Positions 26,597-40,785 of a stretch of DNA of 64,000 nt are shown here, piece by piece. Each line of letters begins with the position of its first letter. Position 1 is the first letter of the stretch. The translations under genes and the position numbers were made by a program. Source of the stretch: Felis catus (lineage: Eukaryota); NCBI RefSeq assembly GCF_018350175.1, contig NC_058368.1, positions 223,884,001 to 223,948,000 on the forward strand. The letters run 5' to 3'. The notes beneath the pieces were generated by a model that made no database searches, was not told the origin of the DNA, and saw only the letters and a list, made by a program, of their open reading frames with translations.

Positions 26597-27520
26597 TGTC
26601 TTAAATAGTGTGTGTGTGTGTGTAGTCATATATTGCATTGTATACATTATCAGAAACATGAACAATTGACAACTATTATGTGTTTCATTGTTTCTTAAAT
26701 TTAAATTATCACCATATATTACATAGTGATTTGCAAAGGCACCATTGAAAAATATTTTGTTAGAATAACTATATTTTCCTCAAAATTAGCCCACGGATGG
26801 ATTAGGTCTATACTACTTGCATCTTTCTAGAGCTATAATACACTCTCTTTTTCCCCTAAATGTGCAGTGGAATATGTTTCTGCATTGTTACTTTTGCTAT
26901 CTTCACAAGAAGCATAAGAAATAGTTATTATCCACTCAGGAGATAAACAAAATTCTTGCCAGAAAAATATTGACTTACTTAACTGAATGAGACATATGTA
27001 AAATCTACACGTGAGCACTAAGGGGTCAGCACTGGAAAATTGATTAAATAATCACGTACAAATGAAAGAATTTATATAACAATAAAAATGGCATTTACTA
27101 GGCATTTTCCACACATTTTGCTAAAAACTTATGTGCAATATTTTATAATTGATGGGTGGATTTGAATTATATTCTGTCTGAAACTTGGTCTATGTGACTA
27201 AACTATTACCTTCTATTTGTATAGGAGCCCAAATTATCAAGTAGTTCACTTTTCAAATAAAGACTGCCCTGCATTTCAGTTTTCATTTATGATATGAATG
27301 ATCATTAAGTGCAACTAGATTGAGTGAATAAGAGAATTCAGTAAAAAGAGGATTCCATCTTATATGAGCTTTTTGTTCAGAATTCAATTCATGAAGAAAG
27401 TAGAAATTCTCAAAAAAAAAAAATAGAAATTCTCATTGAATATGAGCAGGACATATTAAAATAAGTCAAAAAGTCTAATCCTTCTACCTTGTCTCTAGTG
27501 TTTAAATAGATTTTTGTATG

Positions 27521-27740
27521 GGGGTGCCTGGGAGGCTCAGTCGGTTGGGTGGCCGACTTTCAGCTCAGGTCATGATCTCCTGGTCTGTGTGTTCAAGCCC
27601 TGCGTCAGGCTCTATACTGGCAGCTCAGAGCCTGGAGCCTCCTTCTGATTCTGTCTCCCTCTCTCTCTGCCCCTCCCCTGCTTGCTCTCTCTCTCTCTCT
27701 GTCTCTCAAATAATAAACATTTTTTTAAAAAGTAAAAACT
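27521..27740 (+). mobile_element. Can-SINE
   Basis: ggggtgcctggg head; degenerate TSD aa(t/c)agatt(t/g)ttgt(a/g)tg. Confidence 0.95.
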
Positions 27741-28774
27741 AACAGATTGTTGTGTGTGAGTGTGTATATTTTTGCTTGACAAATAGATGAAGTCATTCTT
27801 TTGTTTTGAGTAGCCATATTGGATTGTAGAAACAGTAACTAAGGCAATAGAATCAACTTTCATGCAGTGTTTTTTCTGGTTATTAAATATCCCCAGGGCT
27901 AAGATCAGCTGAGGAAACTACTGACTCCAGAGTCTGAGGTCATGTTTATTTTTATACAACTCTCGTTATAATCTCATACAAACTCTCCTTAAAGGGTGCA
28001 GGGAGTGGAATTATTTGCATATTATTTTATTTCAGAGTTATGTGTGGCCTTTTTTCCTCCATAGTTCCGGGACGACATTTTTGTCAAGTAAGAATATGTT
28101 AAGAAATACTATCAGGATTTACTAAAACTATGTAGTCTGTTAACATTTGGCCTTCAAGCATATGTGATACCACTGTTACTATAATATACTCCTAAGTGTA
28201 TAAAGGCTTAATGTATGTAGTAAAAATAAGTCTGTGATTTGGGAGGGTGGGAAAACAAAGGGGAGGATTAATTCATCGGTGACAGAATCTGAAGGGAAAT
28301 GACACCAAGGGACACAGTAATTAGTGTTGTTATTTTGTTAGAGCATCCCAGTACCATAATGCCACAGATGGGAAAAAAAATCTGAATTTGGTGAGTTTTC
28401 ATGGGAGAATTTTAGAAGGGACAAATAGATTGGAATATTTACTTATTAACAGCATTATTAGAAATGATGGCAGATGGGGAAAATTAAAATAAAATCCTAG
28501 TTGGTTGGTTTCAAGATTTCCGAGAATTTCCCAGATAATAATCATCCATTTAGTTATGGAAAAATATGCAAACAAATATTTCTTGAGATACTCCACAAGG
28601 GTCATGCAATATTCAATGGAGTCACTAACTTCGGCCATGATTCAATAGAATGCAAATTAGTCTCCATCTGTCATTAAGGGTGATTAGCTAAGATTTTGCT
28701 CAGAATGTCATACTGTAGTTGTTTGCTTAGGTGCTTCTGGTCATAGAGCCAGATGAACTCTGCATTATAGACAT

Positions 28775-28986
28775 TTTTTTAATAAAATTAAGTCTTTTTT
28801 TTTATTTATTGAGAGAGAGAGAGAGAGAGAGAGAGAGCACAGAGGAGAAGAGAGAGAGAATCCCAAGCAGGCTCCACACTGTTAACACAGAGCCCTGTGT
28901 AGGGCTTGATCCCAAAACCATGAGATCATGACCTGAGTTGAAATCAAGAGTTGAACACTCAACTGACTAAACCACCCAGGTGCCCT
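28775..28986 (-). mobile_element. Can-SINE
   Basis: Reverse SINE; degenerate TSD tgcatt...gacat. Confidence 0.94.
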
Positions 28987-29399
28987 TGCATTCTTGACAT
29001 ATTAACCAATGGACCAGACATGGGGATAAGATCACTTCGGCCCTTTAGACCCATACAACCACTAAGAGGATAAATTAGGGAGCAAGGAGACTTGTAAGTA
29101 AAATGACATTCTCTTTTAGTCTTCATCTTTGAAAATGGGCTCTTTGGATGAGTACTTTGCTCTGGACAGGATCTATACTCATCCCTCTTCACTAAAAATC
29201 AAGTCTTTAGAAGGGATATTATAAACTAGATGTCACCTTTCCAATATCCTTTATTGATGACAAATGTAGGCCAAACACGCAAAAAGAAAGGATAGCAACC
29301 TTGACAATATACTCTGTACAATAAACTGTCACATATGTCAATAACCACTTGCTCTGACTTATCCTTGCACTTATATATCTGTCAAAACACACATTCCCT

Positions 29400-30060
29400 T
29401 GTAAAGGAACATCTTCTATATAAAGTAGGAATCACATTTCACAAGAAGTTTTACACATTTTCTTACTAAGATGTGATCCCATTATTCATAACAGTTGGCA
29501 CTTTGCCTTGTCTCCTCACAAATTTATCATAGAACATTTTCAGTTAATAAACATAAGCTGCCTTGTTTTATCCCATTGGCTTCTTAAGATTCAATTGTGT
29601 GGATATTATATGATTTATGAAATTATTCCTCTTCTGAATAACACATAAGCTTTTTTACAGATTCACTATTATAAAAATGCCGCATTGACTACATATATAT
29701 ATATATATATATATCATGTCATTTATAAAATGACATCTCATTTAGAAAATAAATATTTCTGAGGAAAATTGCTGGGCACTAAGAAATTCACAGTTAACAT
29801 TCAAGGAATAATAGTCAATGAATTTTCAAAGTTGTAATAAATTTACGCTCTCCTCAGCAATGATACTTCTAATTTCAGTGATGTCTTTCCAAAAGTACAT
29901 CCTCACTACTTTTTTGAATTTGCCAGTATTTCACTTAAAAGCTTTCTCTATGTATTAATTTACATTTTAATGTTTAAGATAGTTAAGAATAATTTCAAAT
30001 ATTTATTGCTATATGTATATCTTCCTTGACAAATTGTCTCCTGTTTTATTTTTGCTTGTT
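29400..30060 (-). mobile_element. Ancient L1ME-type 3' relic
   Basis: attcaattgtgtggatat, cactattataaaaatgccgca, aattgctggg and tttacgctctcctcagcaatg motifs in L1M order. Confidence 0.6.
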
Positions 30061-30876
30061 CTTGATAATTCAAGCACAATATGCAAAGGATTGTACTTAG
30101 AAGCTACTTTGCTTCTGAATAAAGGATAAGAATATAGAAATGGTTGGATTGATTTGGACGCTTAGTGGAGATACTGACTAACTCTAGGTCCAGAATTGAC
30201 ATTAAAATTTTGGTCTCTCATGGTCTCATGGTACAGTACACTCAACCAAATGTGGGGAACTTTGCAAAGAATAAAAGCCTAGAGAACGAAGCAGGGGTCA
30301 AACCAAGTTCTACTTTGTAAAGCACATTAAATCCTACTAAGAACTTCTGTTATATCGTGTGGAATATCAAAATATATTCAGACGAGATATATCATGAGTA
30401 GGTGACTAATTTTAAAAGTTCATATTTAAAACAATAATAATTTTAATTAAGATATTAAATTAAAAAATAAAAGTTTATATCTCAAAAAAAATAAAGAATA
30501 CATTGTACGTGATTAGGAAGGGAAATAAACATGTCAATGAGAAGATTTTACCTGTGCAGATAAATTAGGCAGGTGACTTGGAGTATGCCAGAGACAATGG
30601 AGACTGAGGAAATTGGACCAGGTTTGGACAAACTTTGAGAAAAATTGGTCAGCAGAATTTGATTGGATATGGGGTGTCAGGAAGAAAAAGAATTAGGAAT
30701 AGTATCTTACTTCATGGTTCCATAAGGATATTATTTACTAAACAAAGGGAAGTTCAGAAGAGTGTATAAATATCTTAAATGGGTAGACATTTGAATATAT
30801 TAATGTGAGATATATCTAAACCCTTGTTTAGCATTCTGTAGGAAAATGATTAAATCTGCCAATACAGATTATTTCT

Positions 30877-31074
30877 TTTAAAAAAAAATAATGTTTATTT
30901 ATTTTTGAGAGAGACAGAGACAGAATGCAAGTAGGTTAGGGGCAGAGAGAGAGAGGGAGTCACAGAATCCAAAGGAGGCTCCAGGCTCTGAGCTGGAGCT
31001 CAAACCCACGAGCTGTGAGATCATGACCTGAGCAGAAGTCGGACGCTCGACCGATTTAGCCACCCAGGCACCCC
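30877..31074 (-). mobile_element. Can-SINE with short internal deletion
   Basis: Perfect TSD cagattatttct at 30865 and 31075. Confidence 0.96.
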
Positions 31075-31190
31075 CAGATTATTTCTAAATTTAGGGTTAC
31101 TGATGGTGAATCCCTTATTAATCATAAGACATAAGACAATCTACTTTAATTAAGTGTAGTAATAGATTAAGTTACATTGTTGAAGCTGAC

Positions 31191-31220
31191 TTTATTGTTA
31201 TTTATTTATTTATTTAATTT

Positions 31221-31253
<33 letters not shown>

Positions 31254-31441
31254 AAAGTTTGCATGCAAGAGAGCTGCGGAAGGGCAAAGAGAGAGGAAGA
31301 GAGAGAATCTTAATCAGGCTCTACACCCAGCTGGAGCCTGACATAGGGCTCCATGAGCAGTTAGATCTCATGACTATGAGATCATGACCTGAGCCAAAGT
31401 CAAGAGTTAGTGCTTAACCAACTCAGGCACTCAGGCACCCC
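31191..31441 (-). mobile_element. Can-SINE (older subfamily)
   Basis: TSD tgaagct(g/a)ac at 31181 and 31444. Confidence 0.93.
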
Positions 31442-33329
31442 TCTGAAGCTAACACTAAACAATAAACACTTTTCATTAAACACATGATATTACATATATT
31501 TATAAAGGCATTGTCCAATTTACTTTATTACATGTTTTAATAAGGAGGACACAAAGAGTGAAAGCCTACAGAATTCCAAGTAAATTATTATTTTTACAAA
31601 AGTTTTGCAGTTTTTCTGATGTCTTTCAGTCTTTGAATATTATTTTTCGATTCAAATGACAATATTTACTTTGGTAAAACAATTATCTTTCCACAATGGT
31701 GTTGTGGATATAATCAAGGTGATTTTCCTCTGCAATTTTATTGAGTGTAAAAAATTTACGTTACCAGTTGGGCACCAAAAACTGTTGTAACAGGAAATGG
31801 AGCATGTAACATGTCTACCTACCTGAAAGAATAATGGCAAGACTTACTAAAATATTTAAAAGGTAAAGAAGTAAAAATAAGAGGAAGAAGAGAAGGAAAG
31901 GACAGGAGAAGGAAAAGAAAGAGATGTATATATAGAAAGAGAGCAAGCACGATAGTTCTTTGATATTTCTTTAACAGAACTGTGCTTCCTTCTGACTCCT
32001 CTTGAACATCAACCTTATATCCCAGGGTGCAGTTAAATATTTTAAAAGAGGAATAGAAAAAAAGATCAAAAAGGTTCTTTCTGAAATTAAAATGGAAAAG
32101 ATCAATGAAAAGGATTTTTTCTTGCAAATACCTGGCCTTATAGTTTATCATTCATTTTGCTGTAAAATTACAAGTAGCCTTTGAGAATTTGGTGCCATTT
32201 ATGCCTAGTGGCTCATTTACCCTTGACTTTTAAATTCCATTAATCCTCTTTTATGCTATATGCTACTCTACACTTATTTTTTTAATTCTCAGTAAACTTT
32301 CTCGGAGTAAAATTATGAATTTTTTTGTTGCCCAAATCTTCCCATTTCCTTTTGTTTCACATGTGCTGAGAAGTTTTGGTTCATATTTATTTAAATAATG
32401 AATACCTTCAGGGCTGAAATCACTTATTGAGACATTAAAGGATCAGTGTACTTCTAATTACTTATGTTCTGTTTGTACTGACTCACTTTTGGAAAATCTT
32501 GGGCTGATTAAATGAGTCACAAGATTTTATTCTTAATGGATTGTTATGTAACTATGCTGACCTTTTAGTCCATATCTTCTTAATATATTGTGGTCTAACT
32601 CACTATTTAGTGTGACATGACAAGTAGGGCTGCCCTAATATGACCATGGACATTTATCTGGGCTGCCTGGACAATGAGCTACCTGGAAGCACTTCAATTC
32701 CCCCAGCCCAAAAGGCCACCCCTAAGCTCCCATATGGCCTCGTGACTTGTTCCCATTGTGTGCACCTAAATCCAACTCCCAACAGGCTTCTGGGTCCACA
32801 TGAGCAGGGTAGCTGTCACCTAAATCAAGGCTTTAGTTACTTCATTGGCACATTTGTCCATCCTGACAAACTCATATCCTTTTGAACTAAAGAAGGGAGA
32901 GGAACCAGAAGCTGGATTTCTTTTTCTGGAATGCAAATTCATGATTTGGTCCATCATTACACCTTGATCATGGCTTATGTCTTTCTGATTATACTGAGAC
33001 CTAAGACCTAAATCATTTCTATTTTGTGACCCCTGATTTGTAAATTTCTTCAATAAAGCCTTTTATCTTAGTGTATGCTATGTAAAATGTGGAATTGGTT
33101 AAGAATCCCCATTGTCTATCAGGTATTAATCGCAAAGAGACCTACCTTGCTTATTTGGTTTAATTTAGTGTCACTTTTTAAAATTAAAAAGTGATTCACT
33201 TACTTGGTGCTCATTTCATTGTAATCCTCTGTCAAAATCTCAGTCCTCCATAAGTTTGCCGTCAGTTTACCGCTAAACTGATTTGTCTTGTGAAAAATAT
33301 ACAACCATAGTAAGTGGTGTCACTTGAAT

Positions 33330-34010
33330 GATAATTTATCTAAAGCGAGTCATTACTCATTCTGTCAATCTATTACCTTACCTCCAAACATCAACACTTA
33401 ATTTCCATGCTCAGACCTAGGTAATTCTCTTTTTATTTTATTGAGTACACTTAAGCATCAGAAAAGACCACAACCTTCCATCATCTCATCCACTAAATGA
33501 GCTACACCTGTGCCTCTGAACTTTGCCTTCATTTCTATTGTGAAAACTTTCAATAACTTGCATCTCTGCATAGCAAAATTCCTATGAGGTTTCAATGGCC
33601 CGTGTAGCCTATGGGATCTGGCTCCTGTTATCTCTTAAATCTATTCCCCGCCAGTCTCTACCTGGCTCACCTGTCACAGGATAGATAGCTACTTTTGTCG
33701 TGCCATTGGCTTGGAATGCTTTTCATGAGGTGTCCACACGGTGCACTCTCTCATATCCTTCAATCCTTACTCACATGTCGCCTTATCAGTGACACGTCTG
33801 ACCCCTATTGAAAATTACAAGCTTCAACCTTCCTCTCTCCACATCCCTTCCTTTCAGTTTCTGCATAGCCCTTACAGCCATCCACAAATATATACGTTTC
33901 CTCTCTCTGCCTCTTTCTCTGTCTCTCTCTCTCTCTCTGCCCAGTTTTCTGTGTAACTCCAAAAGGATCTGTAATTATCAATGTATCCTTGGTCCTTTCA
34001 GAGAACACTT
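33330..34010 (+). mobile_element. L2 relic
   Basis: gggatctggctcctg, cttggaatgcttttc and ttactcacatgtcgccttatcagtga L2 motifs. Confidence 0.6.
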
Positions 34011-34954
34011 TCTAGTACATAAAAAAAAAAAAAGATTCTCAATACATACTTTTGATTTTAATTTTTCAAAAGAATAATTCAGCATTATATTTAGTGCCCA
34101 ATACAAAATAGCAGCAAGAAGAAAGCCTCACTCTGAATTTTATAATTTCTATTGTATGTTATGTATGAAATTTCACATATTTTCCAAGTTTTTAAAAACA
34201 ATATTAGAACACATAAAAATATATTATTAAAAAAAGTATGTTTTGCAAATGCACAATAAATGTATTTAACAATAATAATTTTGTACTCCCCCAAAATAAA
34301 ATCCTCAAACACACATTTAGAACTTAATGACTGTTCATGTGCATAAGCTAATAAGAACCAAGAGACCAGCAAAATGCTGTGAAGATATAGTTACTGAGTA
34401 ATATATATTTGCTGATAGCAATGTTGTGGGATTTTTCCGTTAATGAAGAGTAAAAATTTAATTCTTAAAAAAATATTTAACTATTTAAAATAATTGATCA
34501 TTTCACTTATTAATTCAGTTAGATTTTGTTGAACACATCCATATGGTAAAAAACGGTGGTAAAAAACGGACTAAGATGTAGGCACTTTCCTCTGAAATCT
34601 TACAGTCGTCTGCTATTTGAAACACACATTTTTCAAGGAGGAGCTATTACCTCATATAAGTGGCCAAGAAGGTTGGCAAGATGGCTTTAAATTTAGTCAA
34701 TTTGACATAGTATGAAGTTAAACTCCTACGTCGAAAGTTGAGTAAATGTTTGTTTGCTTGCTTTTAAGTACCCTCAAGTTGATTGGATTTGAGAATCTGA
34801 CTCACACTAAACATCTGTAAGAGATGTCATATACAGTCCAGAACTCACACTTATTGTATGAAGTATGTCAGTCTTATGGTTGGAAATTTGCCGTGGCTTG
34901 AACGACATAACATCTTCCTGAAAGAAAGTTATCTGGTAAAGCAAAAAAGTCTTT

Positions 34955-35060
34955 TTTTAATTTTTTTTTAAAGTAATCTCTATGCCCAATGCAGGGCTCA
35001 ATCTCACAACCCTAAGATCAAGAGTCACATGCTCTACTGACTGAGCCAGCCAGATGCCCC
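34955..35060 (-). mobile_element. Short Can-SINE lacking the CT tract
   Basis: aagtaatctctatgcccaatgcagggctc...ctgagccagccagatgcccc; TSD aaaagt(c/a)ttt. Confidence 0.9.
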
Positions 35061-35315
35061 CAAAAGTATTTAACTTTCCATCTGGAAAATCCTTTAACGA
35101 CAGCAAAAAGTTGAACACCCAACCTGTCAAATCCACTTTATATTGCAAGGAAATAGGATGGAAATGAAAGGAAATAATTATAATTATCTTTAATGTAAAG
35201 AAAGAAGGTTTTCAATGTGAAAGCAAGAATTTAGATTTACATTGAATTCTACAGCAATGATTTGAATTATTTCACCTAAAAAGGTGAAAGAAAATAAATG
35301 GGAGGATTTTGTGTT

Positions 35316-35740
35316 TGTAATAGTTTTCTACTGCTGCACATTGTTAACACATTTTCAGCAACATAGTGGGTTCAAAAAACACCCATTTATTATCTCACAA
35401 GTTTGATAGGTCAGAAGCCTGACCACAGCTTCAGTGGAGTTCTCTGTTTAGATCTCCTAAGACTGACATCAAAGTATCAGGTTGGTTGTTAGTTCTTACC
35501 TGAGGCTACATGCCTTTTTCTACGATCATTCAGGGTATTGACAGAACTCAGTTACTGCATTTGTAGAACTAGGGTACTTGTTTTCTTACTATCTGTAAGA
35601 GGGCTGGGGATGCTATCAGTGCCTAGAGGGCCACCCAGAGTTTTTTGTTTGTTTGTTTTGTTTTTTGTTTTTTCCCCTTCATGGTTTGTAATGTGGAAGT
35701 TAGTAACCTTCTTCAAGGCCAGTCTTATATAACAGTTGTG
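35316..35740 (-). mobile_element. MLT1 (MaLR LTR) relic
   Basis: tagttttctactgctg...cacccatttattatctcaca...ggtcagaag is a reverse MLT1 end. Confidence 0.8.
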
Positions 35741-35789
35741 AACAGTCTCCCTTACCATTTTTAACAAGTATCAGAATATTTTTTTTTCC

Positions 35790-36350
35790 TTTACAAGATG
35801 AAATGTCTCATAATCAAATTAAAAGACTCTAAATTGTTATAAGTCTGTGAAAGGAAATGAACATTAAATATAATGTGAAACTAACACAGAAGTTGGTGGG
35901 GCAAACGTTGGATACGAGAGTGAAGGCGTGTTTCTCTACATAGGTCAGGATCTCAGGTGAGATCTGATAGATGGAAAGAAGCCATGTACTTGAAGATTCT
36001 CAAGGAAAACATTCTAGGGAAGAGAAGAGTAAATTCAAACTACCAGAGACAGAAAATGTTTGAGGCCTTAGGGGTGGTGTGGGGATAGGGAATGAGACAA
36101 CTGTGTAGCTCAGTCAGGTTCCTGAGGGAGAACTCATGGAGACTGACATTGAGATTGGAAATGAGACTGATATCATCATATCAATTAGAGGTAAGGTGTT
36201 TTTTTTTTCCTTTTATGTTAGTAATAAGCTGAGGGAATATTTGGGCATCATGAATGTATGGGTTTTCATCAGGGAAGCAGTTTTATGGAATGATAAATTT
36301 CTTGTAAAAATCATGCATTGCCTATTTTGAGGAGTTGCTGGAGAAGGAAG
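35790..36350 (-). mobile_element. L2 relic
   Basis: Purine-rich aggaaaacattctagggaagagaagagtaaattcaaa L2 motif. Confidence 0.55.
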
Positions 36351-36924
36351 GTCCACAAAAGGAAGTTGGAGGATCCAGGAAAATCATGAACCAGTTTATC
36401 AGAAGTACCAGAATATATGGGACAAAACCTTCCTACTGACATTTAGAGCACAGTCAGCATTTGCTTCAAGGGTTGTAGAGAGGTGTCATTTTAAATTGAC
36501 TCATATGATTTTAAAAATAATGCCCTTCTTTATTCAACTGTAGGATTCATATGGGCAGCTAACAGAATCCTTTTTTCCTAATAAACACCTGAGTTTTAGC
36601 ACAATATATAGAACTTATATTATACGTGGAACAAATTAAACTATTTAAAATTTCCAGTCTTCATTTTAGGCAAATGTAAAATAAAAAGTGATTAAGTCTA
36701 ACTTGTAAGTGTTGATATAAGAATTAAATACAATAAGGATTAAATAACAACATTGCCTGGCACATAATAAGTGCTGAACATTGTTAAGTCAGTTAAGATC
36801 TCTTGTTTACTTTTTAAGACAGACATTCAGTCTGCATGTATTTAATGAATACGATGTCACTGAATTGTGCTAAACACTGAAAAATGAAGTCTTTTAAGAC
36901 ATCTGAAGCACATTCTTTTATTAA

Positions 36925-37160
36925 CATGTGGTGTTGTGAAAATGACATGGGATTGGATTTAGAGACAGGGTTTTAAATTTTCCCTCCTTGACTTAAGAGG
37001 AATCTGAACTGGTAAATTACTTCTCCTGTCTGAACTTCAGTGTTTGTGTAAATATTTTTAATTGGTGACCATAATATGTATTTACAAGAGCTGTTGTGTG
37101 GATTAAATGACTTAATATTTATAAAGCCCTTGGTCTAAGGAAGATACTCAAAAGTATTGT
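36925..37160 (+). mobile_element. MIR relic
   Basis: ggtaaattacttctcctgtctgaacttcag...gctgttgtgtggattaaatga. Confidence 0.75.
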
Positions 37161-38619
37161 TTTCATATACTATTGAGGATAAGATGATTCTTCAATGAAA
37201 ACAGACAATGGCATTCAGCGAATTTCAAATTTTATGTTTTCTAATTGTCATTGGTTACAAGAGAATTCAAATTTAATGTCTCTACTACCCACACATCGTT
37301 TTCTAAAGTGCCCCCCAAAAAGCCTATTTCTCAAAAGCTATGCCCCTAGACCAAAACTGACTTTGTAGTTTGAAACTAAAATAAAACTAAATCAAAGAAC
37401 AGTTTTTATATATAGATTGATCTGTTTTATCAACTAAGAAGTGAGTAAGAACTACAACATATCAAATACTACCACCCCAGGAAGTGGGGTCTGGATATCC
37501 CAATTAATTTTAATGAAAAAGTTGAATACTTGAAAGATTGCACAAAACTTTGTGTGCAAATGATGACATTTCACAACTCATTCATATATACTTCTCGAAG
37601 AAGAGTCCATGTATCATTTGAAAGTATATGTCAATGAAATCTCATCTAAACCAAATGGCATTTTCAAAAACTTTTATATCTTTATTTAATGGTTTCTTTC
37701 AGCACTGTAAGTATTAATAGATTATCAAATTGAAAGATGTTTGTTCTGACCTTCACATAGCTCCATTTCTTGGTGGTTTAATGTCTCTTATGAAGCACCA
37801 GAAGTGCATTAGTAATTTCTCATTTCTCTATGACTCCATGATGCCTATGTCACAAGACAAATGCTGAATCAATTGATGGGTAAAAATCCAAATAAAAACA
37901 CATAATAAAATATTTCCTATTTTTCTCTGGCACCTAAATTCAAAATCCTACAACAGAAAAGCATCTAGATATTTCAAATTACACTGTTCTCTTGGGAAAT
38001 TTTGTTTAGTTAATTGTTAGACATTTGGTAGAGAAGAATAAGGTACATATTTGCATACTTTTAATTTTTTAGGAAATGAAAACAAGAAATTGAAAAAAAA
38101 TACCAGGGAACAGAGGTTTGGCACACAAGAAAAGACACACGAGGTATCTTTGAAATATATTCCACAACGGTATATTTATAAAGCAACCCATAGCTCATAA
38201 TCTTAGAGGAATTTTTAATTTGAGAGAGCATGGACAGTGTGTTCCCACAAAATGAGGAAACTATAAAAGAAGAAGTAGACATGTTAAGAGGATAAAATTC
38301 AGCCCAACAGAGTAGTCATGGGAAGTACTATGAAGCTAAATTTGCACTCAACCAGGGAGTCAAGAGTTCAGATAAAATCAGAAAGGGGTAGAGCTATGGG
38401 AACTCTACAAGTGAAAAAAAGATCTTGTTAAGAACATCTTTAAATAAACCTATTAGAACATAATGTGAGAATTAATACAGGAGTAGGCATACATAAAATT
38501 AAATTGGAAAATAGAAGGCAAGTGTTAACTTCAGCAGAATAAAGAAGAGGAAGAAAAGTTAATAATAGAGTAAAACTCAGCAGAGGACAAATGTTTTCAT
38601 ACATGTGGTATGTCACAGC

Positions 38620-38790
38620 ACATATGACACAAATTGTGGAACTAGACTGTTTGTGGTTGAAACTCAAATCTGCAACTTACAAGCTGTGTGACCTTGTACA
38701 TATTCTTTGTGCCTCGGCTTCCATATATGTACATTAATAATACTTTTATCATTAACTGAGTTCATAGATATATTTAGAACAGGGCTTGAC
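38620..38790 (+). mobile_element. MIR relic
   Basis: cttacaagctgtgtgaccttgtaca...tgtgcctcggcttcc. Confidence 0.7.
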
Positions 38791-39305
38791 ACTGTTTGCT
38801 TTTCGTGATGATACCTATTGGATTAACTAACCTTATACAATAACTTATTTATAAAATAACTCATAACTTATTTATAAAATAACTGTCATGAAATAAGAGG
38901 CCTACCTACCTATACAAAATAAGTTTCAGAATTAAATATTTCATCACACCAACAACCAGCCAATGGTTTATTTCTTAAAATTTTTGAATTGACAATTATC
39001 AATAAATTTTAAGATATAAGGGAATGTATTGATATTAGAAAGTTTGCCACATGACTTTAAAGCTTTTGATAAGCAGCAGGCCTAGGAGATACAGAGGATT
39101 GATTTTTATTAGAGATCTGTAACTTATCTGATAATTATTAACCTATGTCCATGAGTTATATTTATAAACAATTAAGATATGCCCTTTAAAATATATTTTG
39201 AATTATTACTTGTAAAGAATTTTTTTATGTCAGCTTGATTCCCAAACACATAATGACTGAGACAAAAGGGGGGTATATAGATGAGGAGAAATACTGTATA
39301 TTTAT

Positions 39306-39810
39306 TGTTGGGAGATAATTTTCCATGATATTTCTACACATCATATAAGAACATTTGTTCCAGACTATCTTTTCAAGGATACTTTTATAACAAACAGCCT
39401 TGGAAAATAGAAGTAGGGTGTCCTTCTAGGGTAGAGGAAGATTCATTTTCTGACTAAGATAACAAAGATAGCACATCCCTTCAAGGGTAAGAGTTGGGCA
39501 GGTTTGCTAGTTACCTTCTTACAAAATTAAGGTGTTTTGTTTTTTTGAGTTTGGGATTCCTTGGCTTGTGATACAAACCTATTGTACAAAATCCAGTTAA
39601 GCTTCTCTGTGGGGAAAAGTCCTATGGGAATTGGGAACAGGACAAAGGGATGCAGACATGAATGGCATGCTACCAGCTGTGTCAGGAGTAATAAACTATA
39701 TTGTTTCTGACCCAGCGATCTCATGTCTCCTGACAGTATCTACAAAACTGTGTCAGGCTTACCTGTCAGCTTACTCACAGTGTAAACTTTCATTTGCTTC
39801 ACAGTTCTTG
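39306..39810 (+). mobile_element. Old ERV1 solo LTR (MER90-like from memory)
   Basis: Starts tgttgggagataattttccatg; gactatcttttcaaggat; agtaataaa signal; ends cttcacagttcttg. Confidence 0.7.
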
Positions 39811-40514
39811 TTTTTATTTTTGTTTGTTTTTGTTTTTGTTTTTTTAAGAGGAAAGATTGATTAAAAGATTAGCAATATAAGCAATGAAATGAACCAGTCA
39901 CTTTGCTGGAATGACAACAAATTGAATTCATTGGACTTGATTGTTGAAGTGCTTTGAAGCCATCCTGAGTTAGGTACAAACTTATTTTAATTCTGATACA
40001 GTCTATTCTGTTTGTGATAGGGTGCATGAGATTTAGAGTAGTTTCTAGACAGCACAGGGAAATTTGGATAGTGCTATGAAAATAAAGAGAAAGGGAGAAA
40101 AAGAGTATTTTTAAGATTAGTTTTCTTTAGTTTTCTATTTGAATTGTCACACTTATAGATAATAGTACATTAAATAATGATGCATAAAAATAATTATAAA
40201 AAAAGTAACTGCATTGCAACCACACAGACCATTTCTAACATTCCAGAAGTTCCTAGTTTCCTTCACAATTACTCCCTTTACTCTTTAAACCAAAGGTCAA
40301 CACTATCATGACTTCATACATCAAAGAGTTATTTCAATATAAAAGAGACTTTTGACTGTTCTGGATATTTTAATCAGACCTATATTCCATTTCATGTAAT
40401 CACTCTTCAATAGGAGTTAATCAATTATTAAACATATTTATTATGTTCTTAATTAGATCATTGTGTTTTTAAATTCTAGAATGTAATTTTGCTTATTATT
40501 ATTTCTGTAGATTT

Positions 40515-40518
<4 letters not shown>

Positions 40519-40573
<55 letters not shown>

Positions 40574-40785
40574 CTTTCGAGACAGAGAGAGACAAAGAGA
40601 GACAGAGTACGTGGGGGAGGAGCAGAGAGAGAGGAAGACACAGAATCCAAAGCAGGCTCCAGGCTCTGAGCCATAAGCACGGTGCCTGAGGGTGAAGCGG
40701 AGCTCAGGGGAGCTGGAAGGCAAGAACTGTGAGATCATGACCTGAGCCAAAGTGGGACTAATCAACTAAGTCACCCAAGTGTCCC
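40519..40785 (-). mobile_element. Can-SINE with (TTTC)n tail microsatellite
   Basis: TSD tctg(t/c)a(g/a)attttctt; about 15 TTTC units. Confidence 0.93.
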
